The position numbers and the translations under genes are program-made. DNA of 64,000 bases from Entomortierella parvispora E1425 (lineage: Eukaryota; Fungi; Mortierellomycota), in contig BQFW01000014.1 in the NCBI GenBank assembly GCA_020891255.1, forward strand, positions 2,170,001-2,234,000, written 5' to 3'. This document shows positions 47,015 to 57,529 of this stretch, in pieces. How positions within the stretch are numbered: the first letter of the stretch is position 1; the number at the start of each line of letters is the position of its first letter. Below the pieces are notes generated by a model, which saw only the letters and a program-made list of their open reading frames with translations, was not told the DNA's origin and did not search any database.

Positions 47015-50000
47015 ATGCACCGTCGCCTTTGGAGGTACGAAAGACTAAAGACTGTCGGTTGCGACGCGCCTGTGGACGTGTTTAAGGTCGCTCACGTCCT
47101 CAATGTTCTGTCCCAGGTTACAGCAGTGGACACTAACTTGAGCCGAAAGCAGAGTCATAATACCGACTCACTGACAACGGCTCTTATTTCACGACAGTCG
47201 ACTTTCGCGGATGCAGGGCCGAAGTTCGCGGATGCGGGATCGAAGTTCGCCGATTCAGGGTCCGCGCCTATATCGCTCTCTCATCCAACTCTGAAAGCTC
47301 AGTCCTCAACATCGGTCGATTCTTTGGTCGTGCACAGGAGACCCACTCCCGTTTTTTTACCCGAAAATGATGAGACGATAGAGGACACTGCTCAGCTATT
47401 TCAATGTGTTCACCTCCTGCAAAAGGCATGCAACAGCGCAATTCCTTCAACAATCCACTTGTCATCAGCAAATCTTCAGTCTGCGCAAGAGGGCGATCAA
47501 GAGGAATGGATCCAATTCATGCAAGATAATCCTCTGGAGAAGGAACACCTCTTCAGTCTGATGAGTCGAATGGCAAGCATGTTCATGGTGGAGCCAACCA
47601 GAGATTCTGACTCTGTCTGGGAGGTGGTTCTTATTGGATCGCTGCTAAACAAGGATCAGCACCGCAAGCTGGTTTGGTTCTTTCTTGAGCAGTTTGAACA
47701 GAGCTCATCAGTAGACTTGGACATTCTTCTCGGACTTGTACAACTAACTCGGGATGGCCCACCTAACTTCCTCACCTCCGATGATTTGAACCGCATCCTG
47801 AAGTCCGTCAGGGCACGCTTGGAAGGATTGATCGTAAAGAATTCACAGGACTCAAAGGACATGAAGGACACGAAGGACACGATCTATTTGACTTTTGCGA
47901 CCACGACTCTACTCACGACTCTAACGTCCTGTGTATCGAATCATCAAAGCAGTGTGGAATATGAACGGTTGTTTGCGACTCTATCTGTTCTGCGAAAGGA
48001 CAGGGACGCTCTTGTCAAGTTCCAAGCCAGATACGCACGGCAGCTCCTGATTTCACTTTCTAATCAGCGCATGGACGATTGTCAGGATACGAAAAAAAGC
48101 ACGCGTCGTCTTTTCAACCGTCTGAGTTGCCATCTGAAGTCCCACAGACTGAGGCGATGGTTTAAGGATGTTCAGTTGGCAAAAGGTTTCGTGCAAATGC
48201 GTCGTTTCTCGGATCTGTACAACCTGATCCAAAATGGACCCAGCGCTGGCAACACCGACTTTCAATGGCAAATATGTCAACTTCTTGAGGAGATGGCTGT
48301 GGATCCTGCTTTGGAAGGCGATGTCCATCATCAAGCTATCGCAATCCTACACGAGTACGCCAAGGTCAATGGAACTATGAAATCTGGTGCTGTTATCAAG
48401 AGCTGGGCACGTACAATCCTTCGACGCATCTCGGAATATACGATTTCCTCGCACCCGGCAGTCGCCCACGATGCGCAGACTATGTACAACGAGGCGATAA
48501 CAGAGACAAATCAGGGCGTGGTCTGCGGTATAGCAGCAAGAAGCGTCAAACCCCTTGCTTTCGCTTACCCATTCGTGGGTCGCCTGTCTCTGCCTGCATC
48601 CTCTCAGCTATTGCACAAGGTCAACTCGGACCCTGATATTGAGTTTGCCATAGATCGTCTCCGCCGCCAGCGATATAGAATCTACGACAGACGAGCCGTC
48701 TATATCCAACTGCTATCGAAACGAAGTATTCAAGCGTCAGAGGATGTCTTGGTCGAGTTGCAGGAGCGGGCTAGGAACTTCCTTAAAAGCAAAGGCGAGG
48801 TTTTACTCATCCTTGGGGACTCTGGTGCTGGCAAGTCAATGTTCGGGATGCGCTTGGAGAACGATCTTTGGGCGGATTACAAACCAGGAGGGCCTATTCC
48901 GCTTTTCGTTGATTTGAAAACAATCGATTCACTGGAGAAGGACATTATACCTCAGCATATGGACGACATGAACCTTTTCACTGATCAGCAAATAGAGGAT
49001 TTGCAGCAGTCCCGAAAGTTCATTTTGATCTGCGACGGATATGACGAATGTCATAAATGGACCAACATCCATACCACAAACCACCTCAACAAACCTCGAC
49101 GCTGGCAAGCCAAAATGATTATCACCTGTCGCACTCAGTATCTCGGACCAAACTATCGCGAATACTTTGAGCCAAAAACAGCAGCCACAGACAACTCGAA
49201 CTTTTCTCATATATCCGATCTATTGGAAGAGGCCGTGGTTGTTCCTTTCAGGACTACCCAGGTCAGGGAGTACGTCGAACTTTTCACCCAATTACCCAAA
49301 ACGGCAGAACATCTCAGCCAAGAGCCGGTTTGGAGTACGGATCAGTACATGGCACGCCTCAAGAGTATTGCCAACCTGGTGGAATTAGCCAAAAATCCCT
49401 TTATGCTCAAGATGATTTTGTTCGTTCTCCCAAGGATCGCCAAAACTACAAACAAGATGACACGAGTTGACCTTTATGACCGTTTCGTGGAGCTGCATTT
49501 CAAGTCAGAACAACAGCGACTTCTGAAGCAACACTCTAACGGAAAAATGGATGCCGGCACGCTCTCGGTATTCTCAGCACTCCAGAACAACGAACTCATC
49601 GCCCTTGGACTGGATTTTTCAAAGAAACTATCACTTTGCATATTCAAAGATCAGCAGGGCGTCAACTCTGTGACCTACTCAGCTATTCTAGACAGCGGGT
49701 CGTGGAAGGACGTATTCTTTGGTCCAGATCCTCGAGCCAAGTTGTTGCGAGATTCAGCTCAGTTGGTCTGCCGTGAGAACTGTCACGACACTCGGCGACT
49801 GATGCGCCACAGGAACCGCCCTGCCCGCAAAAGAAACTCGTACGAGTTTAGTCATCGATCCATGCTGGAGTATTTCTACTCGTGTCTGATATTTGATCCA
49901 AGAGGAAACGCTCCTGCATTAGATCTTGCAACATGCCTTCACTCGACCGACGGTCCATCGCCTGTCATCAACCATCCTCTTGGTCAAACCAACATTGTCT

Positions 50001-52345
50001 CGGAGTCTTCGATTATTCACTTCCTGGCCGAGCGCGTTCATGATAACGAAGGATTCCATTCTCAGCTTCAGAGCATTTTACAGCTGTCCAAGCTTGAAAT
50101 GGCAACCAGCAAGGCGTCCTCCAACGCCATCACAATTTTGAATCGGGCAGGAATCTACTTCAATGGCGCCGACCTTCGAAGGATTCAGATCCCAGGAGCC
50201 GACCTTTCAGGGGGACAGTTCGACTCTACATTACTGCAGAATTCCAACTTGAGCGGCGTCTGTCTCAAAAGGACGTGGTTACGACAAGCAAACCTTGATG
50301 GTGCAACAATGACGGATGTACGACTTGGAGAAAAACCATATTTGAAGATTCCCGATCTGTGGACTGCAGCAATATCGTCGGATGGGAACATGATTGCGGC
50401 AGCAGGGCTGGAAGGCAAAGTGCAAGTCTACAGCACATCTGATTTCAACCTACGCTTTACTTTCGAAGCACACTACGGCCTTGTTGAGACTATATCTATC
50501 TCCAACGACAGCTCACTTGTAGCATCAAGCGGTCAGGACAAGATAGTACGCATCTGGAATTTGAAGGAAGGAGGGAGCTGTGCATTCCAGGGACATGCAA
50601 GTCCTGTGCGCTCTGTTGCCTTTTCACCTGATAGCAACCAGGTTGTCTCTGGTAGTGAGGACGGAACCGCCAGAGTTTGGGACATCCAATCTGGATCAAA
50701 CGTGCATATTTTGGAGATAGGCCCTGCCCACAGATCGGTGGCTTGGTCCCTGTGTGGACGCCAGATTGCCACTGGATCTAGATCGTTGATGCTGTGGGAT
50801 GCCGAGACTGGGAAGCTTGAACGAACTCTAGGTGTTGCAAGTGTGTCTGGCGTGATCTATTCTGGCAAAGGGAAACTCCTGGCTATAGGACGTGGTACAC
50901 TGCTGGTCTGGGACCTCGTATCTGACAAGGAAGGCAAGAACCCTCTCATCATGAAAGGCATCAACAACTTTGGCCATGCGATTTTCTCCCCGGATGAGCA
51001 GATCATAGCGGCGGCTGACCTTGATGGCTCTATATATCTATGGGATAGCCTTTCAGGATCGTGTATCGCCAGCTTAAATGGTCACTCTGCTGTTGTACTC
51101 AATATGGCGTTCTTGAAGGATCAGGAACTGGTATCAGCCGGTCGAGACGGGACCATTCGATTTTGGCAGCTGGATGACGAACTGGACTCGAAAAAAAACA
51201 CTTTGGGTGATGTTAGCCGTCACCAGCAAAGTCATATGGGTGGCATTTATAGCCTGGTATACACCCCAAGCGGAGATTTCATTTTCACGGCCGGTCTTGA
51301 TAACTGTATCCATCGGTGGAACACAAAGTCAGGAGAATGCAGTAGACTTCTAGAAGTCGGCCTTGGAGCGAGAATAGCTATCTCGTCAGACGGTCAACAA
51401 TTGGCGGTGGCAAACGGCGACCTGAGAGTATACCAACTCGGCAAAACTGATGGACGAAAAGAGGACGATCGATATAGAGGAAGAGCATCACGGGTCGCGT
51501 ACTCACCATGTGGTCATTGGTTGGCGTTGGGAGACAAAGATGGAGTAGTGAGATTGTGTGATTTGCGGCCAGGAAAGGATGTACGAGTTCTGGAAGGACA
51601 TGCAAAGGGTATTGAACATCTAACGTTTTCGCCAACAGGTCGTCAGCTCATTTCGGTATGCGAAGGCAGGACAATTCGTCTCTGGGATACAGAAAGCGCC
51701 GAGTACCTAAGGGACTTTGATATCACTGGATTCTCTGTCTCTTTTTCTCCCTGTGGCAGCATGCTTTCAATTTTGAACAGCAGGTCTATTCGCATATGGG
51801 ACCTGCAGGAGAAGAAAGACGTAATAGTTTTGAAAGCGCTTGATGAATTTTCTCGTAGTGTTGCGTGGCGATCTGATGGCACGTGGATTGGTGCGGGTGC
51901 CTTTCTCAATGACTCTGTGCATCTTTGGAAAATTTCTGGCGAAGGAACCAAGCGCGTGGTTTCCGACAAGAGAGTCATCCGGGACTTTCTTGGGCCTGTC
52001 CGCTGTTTGACTTGGAGTCCAACGAACCCTCTAGAATTTGCGACCGGCTGCGATGATGGCTCTGTATGTGTTTGGAGGTTCGCAGAGGGCAAAGGTGGGG
52101 ACCAACTTCAATTGGCCTGGAGTTCTTTGACTGGTCGACTGACCGCTTCTGGGACTCGAATAGACCGGGCGGAAGGTTTGACAGACATTCAAAAGAATCT
52201 CTTGGTGCAAAGAGGCGCCAAAAACGAATCGACAAGCGTAGAAGCGAAACCCTCACTGGGTGCATCGCGACAAAAGTGGTCCCCCGACCAAATTCTCCGT
52301 CTGTTCTCCCTTGCAGACCAATTTCGCAACGCTGAGCAGCTTTAA
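47015..52345 (+). CDS. NLR-like protein: helical N-terminus, NACHT NTPase, pentapeptide repeats, WD40 repeats
   Basis: 1,776-aa ORF (true start uncertain). Walker A is GDSGAGKS, Walker B is ILICDGYDE, and the WHD motif is HRSMLEYF. Pentapeptide repeats read GADLRRIQIPGADLSGGQF..., followed by more than 10 GH...WD repeats. Confidence 0.9.
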   Translation: MHRRLWRYERLKTVGCDAPVDVFKVAHVLNVLSQVTAVDTNLSRKQSHNTDSLTTALISRQSTFADAGPKFADAGSKFADSGSAPISLSHPTLKAQSSTSVDSLVVHRRPTPVFLPENDETIEDTAQLFQCVHLLQKACNSAIPSTIHLSSANLQSAQEGDQEEWIQFMQDNPLEKEHLFSLMSRMASMFMVEPTRDSDSVWEVVLIGSLLNKDQHRKLVWFFLEQFEQSSSVDLDILLGLVQLTRDGPPNFLTSDDLNRILKSVRARLEGLIVKNSQDSKDMKDTKDTIYLTFATTTLLTTLTSCVSNHQSSVEYERLFATLSVLRKDRDALVKFQARYARQLLISLSNQRMDDCQDTKKSTRRLFNRLSCHLKSHRLRRWFKDVQLAKGFVQMRRFSDLYNLIQNGPSAGNTDFQWQICQLLEEMAVDPALEGDVHHQAIAILHEYAKVNGTMKSGAVIKSWARTILRRISEYTISSHPAVAHDAQTMYNEAITETNQGVVCGIAARSVKPLAFAYPFVGRLSLPASSQLLHKVNSDPDIEFAIDRLRRQRYRIYDRRAVYIQLLSKRSIQASEDVLVELQERARNFLKSKGEVLLILGDSGAGKSMFGMRLENDLWADYKPGGPIPLFVDLKTIDSLEKDIIPQHMDDMNLFTDQQIEDLQQSRKFILICDGYDECHKWTNIHTTNHLNKPRRWQAKMIITCRTQYLGPNYREYFEPKTAATDNSNFSHISDLLEEAVVVPFRTTQVREYVELFTQLPKTAEHLSQEPVWSTDQYMARLKSIANLVELAKNPFMLKMILFVLPRIAKTTNKMTRVDLYDRFVELHFKSEQQRLLKQHSNGKMDAGTLSVFSALQNNELIALGLDFSKKLSLCIFKDQQGVNSVTYSAILDSGSWKDVFFGPDPRAKLLRDSAQLVCRENCHDTRRLMRHRNRPARKRNSYEFSHRSMLEYFYSCLIFDPRGNAPALDLATCLHSTDGPSPVINHPLGQTNIVSESSIIHFLAERVHDNEGFHSQLQSILQLSKLEMATSKASSNAITILNRAGIYFNGADLRRIQIPGADLSGGQFDSTLLQNSNLSGVCLKRTWLRQANLDGATMTDVRLGEKPYLKIPDLWTAAISSDGNMIAAAGLEGKVQVYSTSDFNLRFTFEAHYGLVETISISNDSSLVASSGQDKIVRIWNLKEGGSCAFQGHASPVRSVAFSPDSNQVVSGSEDGTARVWDIQSGSNVHILEIGPAHRSVAWSLCGRQIATGSRSLMLWDAETGKLERTLGVASVSGVIYSGKGKLLAIGRGTLLVWDLVSDKEGKNPLIMKGINNFGHAIFSPDEQIIAAADLDGSIYLWDSLSGSCIASLNGHSAVVLNMAFLKDQELVSAGRDGTIRFWQLDDELDSKKNTLGDVSRHQQSHMGGIYSLVYTPSGDFIFTAGLDNCIHRWNTKSGECSRLLEVGLGARIAISSDGQQLAVANGDLRVYQLGKTDGRKEDDRYRGRASRVAYSPCGHWLALGDKDGVVRLCDLRPGKDVRVLEGHAKGIEHLTFSPTGRQLISVCEGRTIRLWDTESAEYLRDFDITGFSVSFSPCGSMLSILNSRSIRIWDLQEKKDVIVLKALDEFSRSVAWRSDGTWIGAGAFLNDSVHLWKISGEGTKRVVSDKRVIRDFLGPVRCLTWSPTNPLEFATGCDDGSVCVWRFAEGKGGDQLQLAWSSLTGRLTASGTRIDRAEGLTDIQKNLLVQRGAKNESTSVEAKPSLGASRQKWSPDQILRLFSLADQFRNAEQL

Positions 52346-52877
52346 AATAAACTGTTCTTCATGGTAGCTTGATTCCACAATGCCTCCTTTTCCATAGGCC
52401 CTTTGTCAACAAAAAAAAAAAAAAAAAAAAAAAAAAGAAGGTTGCATGACTGCAGAGCAACATTGAGCACTCGACCCCCCAGCAGTGCTTTTTGCACTCT
52501 CACCACCACCCCTACCCATATTTACACTCACATGCACTCCTTCATTCTCGTCATGGTGCATCCCTGCCAATGTGCAGCAACACGAGGACACAGTTCGCAT
52601 TTTTTTATAAAATAAGGAGCGATGAAGAGAAGGCGCGACAAAGGAGTATGAAGACGAGGCGCGACAAGGGCAAATGACGATAGTGAAACCGAACGAGAAA
52701 TGAAGCAGATGCCCGAGCAGGATAAAAATACATCGAACGCAGGTCAAAGATGGCTGGTAGCGATGCCCATTGAATGCACAGGAGGAAAGTGGATTGAATC
52801 AGCAGTTGTGGAGCATCGAGCGAACTTATTTCTCCCTATGCGGAACAGTAGTTCTCAAGGTCTGTCTGCTGCTGGTG

Positions 52878-52917
<40 letters not shown>

Positions 52918-53287
52918 CACCGAGAGGGACGGATGCAGAGGCGTGGCACGCATGTTTCTGTCCCTTTTTTTCCTGGACCTTGGCAAATTCAGTTAACATG
53001 TGTTTCTAACTGCCTGCCTGCGGAGAAATACCAAATGCACATAAATCTCTTCATCAAAACTCCCGTTTAATAAAAAACAACAATAGCCGCTATTATTAAT
53101 GGGAGGTGCAAGGAGTGTTCAGGAAGGAACTGGGGTCCAAGGTGTTGATGAAGTGAATCAATTGATATTGCAACTGGAGTTATCTTGTTCGTTTGGTTGG
53201 CCTGTGACCACCGCGACTGGGAGGCATGTGTGGTGGCAAAAAAGGGTCATTGGATGCGACCCTCCCTAGGACAAGCTTGATCTTAGC

Positions 53288-53509
53288 TTAACAATCAGAG
53301 TTGCTTCCGTTGGATCCGCAACAGTTGTTGAAGTTGCCAAGATTGCCGTTAGTACCGGCAAAGGCACAATCGTCCCCAGTCCAGTTTCCGCCCGATTGGT
53401 CACAGCAGGACTGGCTAGCTCCGAAGTTGATGTTGGCTCCTTGCCAGCACTTGCAGGCCATCGCCGCGGCCATTTGAGCGCACACGATCATGATAATGGA
53501 GAGTTTCAT
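53288..53509 (-). CDS. Small secreted cysteine-rich peptide (73 aa; 8 Cys after the signal peptide), copy 1
   Basis: Signal peptide MKLSIIMIVCAQMAAAMA; mature pattern CxC-x14-CC-x11-C-x14-CC-x8-C. A TATA box lies upstream. Confidence 0.8.
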   Translation of the reverse strand: MKLSIIMIVCAQMAAAMACKCWQGANINFGASQSCCDQSGGNWTGDDCAFAGTNGNLGNFNNCCGSNGSNSDC

Positions 53510-53625
53510 ATTGGATTCTTGAGTGTTGACTTGTCTTGAACGTTTTGAGTGCTGTTGCAGGTCTGGAGTGTTGAGAGGGAGGATCAGATGTGTTTGAGTG
53601 CAAGATGGTGGGTATGCGCGACCTC

Positions 53626-53633
53626 TTTATATA
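53626..53633 (-). promoter_or_regulatory. TATA box (TATATAAA) of secreted peptide copy 1
   Basis: About 120 bp upstream of the ATG, followed by a CA-rich 5' UTR. Confidence 0.6.
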
Positions 53634-53844
53634 CAGGAGAAGGGAGGCTAGTGTCGACTTGACATTATAAACTTACGAGAGAAACAAATGGGAATATCTC
53701 GCTTATGGGGAGGGAACGATGAGATGGTTATGCGCTATGCGGTTGCCGAAAGGGTCGAAGGAATGCAGACAGTGAGAAAAAAAAAAGGATGGGCGCCAAC
53801 TCTGCATCTCCACTGCAGAGAGAAACAAAGGTGCGCGAGGATCC

Positions 53845-54075
53845 TGCGCGATTGGGCTCGGGCAGAGAGAGAAACTAATGTGCCATGATCCTTTTTAATT
53901 GGGCTCGGGCAGAGAGAGAACCAAAAGTGCTAGGACACCACTGGCTCCTGCGCGATTGGGCTCTGGCAGAAAGAGAAACTAAGGTGCCATGATTGGGCTA
54001 GGGCAGAGAGAGAACCAAAAGTGCTAGGACACCATCGCGATTGGGCTTGGGCGTTGACGCGAAGTGACGTGATCA
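53845..54075. repeat. Array of GATTGGGCT(C/A)GGGCAGAGAGAGAA-like motifs (4 full plus partial) with variable spacers; mirrored at about 55335-55565
   Basis: Seen directly. Units alternate ...AACTAA(T/G)GTGCCATGAT and ...ACCAAAAGTGCTAGGACACCA tails. Confidence 0.85.
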
Positions 54076-54493
54076 CGAGCCTGCTGGTTCGTGGGCTTTT
54101 GGCTCGGTGCGGGAAGTACATACGGTGTCAATATTCAGTTCGTTTAGCTCCCTGTCCAGCTCCTCGTGTTCCATGTCAAGTGCGTCAATGGCAGCACCTG
54201 TTCTGTACTGATCGTCTTCATTGTAAAGGCCATCATACTCAACGTAGTGCGAGGGGCCAGTTGTGTCTTCAGAGGCGCTCATGGATGGGGTGGCGGAGTT
54301 GTGTGCGGGATGGGCAATTCTTCTCAGAATGCCTTGTCTGACCGTGACACGGACCTAGCCGTAGACACCGTTCGGAATAGATTCATTTTATACCGCAGGT
54401 ATGCAGTCTCTTCATTGGTTCCTGCGCGATTGGACTCGGGCGTTGACGCGAAGTGACGTGATCACGAGCCTGCTAGTTCGGGAAGTGTCTATT

Positions 54494-54544
54494 AGCCCCT
54501 TCCTTGTCCCCAGCCCCTTCCTTGTCCCCAGCCCCTTCCTTGTC
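54494..54544. repeat. 18-bp tandem (AGCCCCTTCCTTGTCCCC) x about 3
   Basis: Seen directly in the spacer of the inverted duplication. Confidence 0.9.
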
Positions 54545-54696
54545 TTCCAATGCTCTTTTATTTGTCGTCTGGATTTCTGTGCATGTACATCGCAAAATAC
54601 CTCGTTTAGGGAAGTGCACAGCACATGTACTGCATTTGAAAGTGTCTATTTGCTCTTATTTGACTTCTCTTACTCTTATTTGTCGTCTGGATTTCT

Positions 54697-54768
54697 GCAC
54701 TGGGCCCTGGTCATGCACCGGGCCCTGGTCATGCACCGGGCCCTGGTCATGCACCGGGCCCTGGCCAT
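54697..54768. repeat. 18-bp tandem (GCACCGGGCCCTGGTCAT)x4
   Basis: Seen directly in the spacer of the inverted duplication. Confidence 0.9.
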
Positions 54769-55775
54769 CCACTGCAAAATGCCTCGATTTGGGAAGTATC
54801 TGTATGACCATGGATCGATTATCGATTGAGTTTGGTCATAGAGTTCGCAAAATCCTTTCATGGGTTCTAATATTTTGTGCGACCTAATACTCTTCTGAAT
54901 TTGGTCTTTTTAGTCCATGGTGCTCGACGTTTTGTTACACCATGAATTGCATTCAAAAATCCACTTTGTCCGCCGACACATTTGCATTTCTGATGTCGAA
55001 CTTCCTGTGGGCAGAATTCAGAGGTTTGCTCAGGCAAGGAGGTAGAGAGAGAGGGTCCATGTCACGGTCAGACAAGGCATTCTGAGAAGAATTGCCCATC
55101 CCGCACACAACTCCGCCACCCCATCCATGAGCGCCTCTGAAGACACAACTGGCCCCTCGCACTACGTTGAGTATGATGGCCTTTACAATGAAGACGATCA
55201 GTACAGAACAGGTGCTGCCATTGACGCACTTGACATGGAACACGAGGAGCTGGACAGGGAGCTAAACGAACTGAATATTGACACCGTATGTACTTCCCGC
55301 ACCGAGCCAAAAGCCCACGAACCAGCAGGCTCGTGATCACGTCACTTCGCGTCAACGCCCAAGCCCAATCGCGATGGTGTCCTAGCACTTTTGGTTCTCT
55401 CTCTGCCCTAGCCCAATCATGGCACCTTAGTTTCTCTTTCTGCCAGAGCCCAATCGCGCAGGAGCCAGTGGTGTCCTAGCACTTTTGGTTCTCTCTCTGC
55501 CCGAGCCCAATTAAAAAGGATCATGGCACATTAGTTTCTCTCTCTGCCCGAGCCCAATCGCGCAGGATCCTCGCGCACCTTTGTTTCTCTCTGCAGTGGA
55601 GATGCAGAGTTGGCGCCCATCCTTTTTTTTTTCTCACTGTCTGCATTCCTTCGACCCTTTCGGCAACCGCATAGCGCATAACCATCTCATCGTTCCCTCC
55701 CCATAAGCGAGATATTCCCATTTGTTTCTCTCGTAAGTTTATAATGTCAAGTCGACACTAGCCTCCCTTCTCCTG

Positions 55776-55783
55776 TATATAAA
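55776..55783 (+). promoter_or_regulatory. TATA box (TATATAAA) of secreted peptide copy 2
   Basis: Mirror of 53626-53633. Confidence 0.6.
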
Positions 55784-55899
55784 GAGGTCGCGCATACCCA
55801 CCATCTTGCACTCAAACACATCTGATCCTCCCTCTCAACACTCCAGACCTGCAACAGCACTCAAAACGTTCAAGACAAGTCAACACTCAAGAATCCAAT

Positions 55900-56121
55900 A
55901 TGAAACTCTCCATTATCATGATCGTGTGCGCTCAAATGGCCGCGGCGATGGCCTGCAAGTGCTGGCAAGGAGCCAACATCAACTTCGGAGCTAGCCAGTC
56001 CTGCTGTGACCAATCGGGCGGAAACTGGACTGGGGACGATTGTGCCTTTGCCGGTACTAACGGCAATCTTGGCAACTTCAACAACTGTTGCGGATCCAAC
56101 GGAAGCAACTCTGATTGTTAA
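55900..56121 (+). CDS. Small secreted cysteine-rich peptide, copy 2 (identical protein)
   Basis: Translation identical to 53288-53509. Confidence 0.8.
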   Translation: MKLSIIMIVCAQMAAAMACKCWQGANINFGASQSCCDQSGGNWTGDDCAFAGTNGNLGNFNNCCGSNGSNSDC

Positions 56122-56491
56122 GCTAAGATCAAGCTTGTCCTAGGGAGGGTCGCATCCAATGACCCTTTTTTGCCACCACACATGCCTCCCAGTCGCGGTG
56201 GTCACAGGCCAACCAAACGAACAAGATAACTCCAGTTGCAATATCAATTGATTCACTTCATCAACACCTTGGACCCCAGTTCCTTCCTGAACACTCCTTG
56301 CACCTCCCATTAATAATAGCGGCTATTGTTGTTTTTTATTAAACGGGAGTTTTGATGAAGAGATTTATGTGCATTTGGTATTTCTCCGCAGGCAGGCAGT
56401 TAGAAACACATGTTAACTGAATTTGCCAAGGTCCAGGAAAAAAAGGGACAGAAACATGCGTGCCACGCCTCTGCATCCGTCCCTCTCGGTG

Positions 56492-56531
<40 letters not shown>

Positions 56532-57063
56532 ACCAGCAGCAGACAGACCTTGAGAACTACTGTTCCGCATAGGGAGAAATAAGTTCGCTCGATGCTCCAC
56601 AACTGCTGATTCAATCCACTTTCCTCCTGTGCATTCAATGGGCATCGCTACCAGCCATCTTTGACCTGCGTTCGATGTATTTTTTATCCTGCTCGGGCAT
56701 CTGCTTCATTTCTCGTTCGGTTTCACTATCGTCATTTGCCCTTGTCGCGCCTCGTCTTCATACTCCTTTGTCGCGCCTTCTCTTCATCGCTCCTTATTTT
56801 ATAAAAAAATGCGAACTGTGTCCTCGTGTTGCTGCACATTGGCAGGGATACACCATGACGAGAATGAAGGAGTGCATGTGAGTGTAAATATGGGTAGGGG
56901 TGGTGGTGAGAGTGCAAAAAGCACTGCTGGGGGGTCGAGTGCTCAATGTTGCTCTGCAGTCATGCAACCTTCTTTTTTTTTTTTTTTTTTTTTTTTTTGT
57001 TGACAAAGGGCCTATGGAAAAGGAGGCATTGTGGAATCAAGCTACCATGAAGAACAGTTTATT

Positions 57064-57529
57064 TTAAAGCTGCTCAGCGTTGCGAAATTGGTCTGCAAGG
57101 GAGAACAGACGGAGAATTTGGTCGGGGGACCACTTTTGTCGCGATGCACCCAGTGAGGGTTTCGCTTCTACGCTTGTCGATTCGTTTTTGGCGCCTCTTT
57201 GCACCAAGAGATTCTTTTGAATGTCTGTCAAACCTTCCGCCCGGTCTATTCGAGTCCCAGAAGCGGTCAGTCGACCAGTCAAAGAACTCCAGGCCAATTG
57301 AAGTTGGTCCCCACCTTTGCCCTCTGCGAACCTCCAAACACATACAGAGCCATCATCGCAGCCGGTCGCAAATTCTAGAGGGTTCGTTGGACTCCAAGTC
57401 AAACAGCGGACAGGCCCAAGAAAGTCCCGGATGACTCTCTTGTCGGAAACCACGCGCTTGGTTCCTTCGCCAGAAATTTTCCAAAGATGCGCAGAGTCAT
57501 TGAGAAAGGCACCCGCACCAATCCACGTG
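57064..57529 (-). pseudogene. Inverted copy of the 3' end of the NACHT-WD40 gene
   Basis: Matches the last about 155 codons of 47015-52345 and is cut mid-gene at the duplication breakpoint. Confidence 0.9.

Larger units (their letters stand above)
51880..54355 (+). repeat. Left arm of a 2,476-bp inverted duplication
   Basis: Reverse complement of 55054-57529, with only a few SNPs and poly-A length differences. Confidence 0.95.
55054..57529 (-). repeat. Right arm of the 2,476-bp inverted duplication
   Basis: Reverse complement of 51880-54355. Confidence 0.95.

Noticed and set aside
53845-54075. CRISPR-like repeat-spacer array
   Set aside because: The spacers are themselves repeated and variable in length, there are no cas genes, and the context is eukaryotic.
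54950-55075. hAT dimerisation-domain remnant (KSTLSADTFAFLMSNFLW) in the palindrome spacer
   Set aside because: The resemblance is too short and no upstream SERxFS motif was found; it cannot be supported without a profile search.
57064-57453. Stand-alone 129-aa WD40 gene
   Set aside because: It is the inverted duplicate of the NACHT-WD40 3' end, lacking its own start context.
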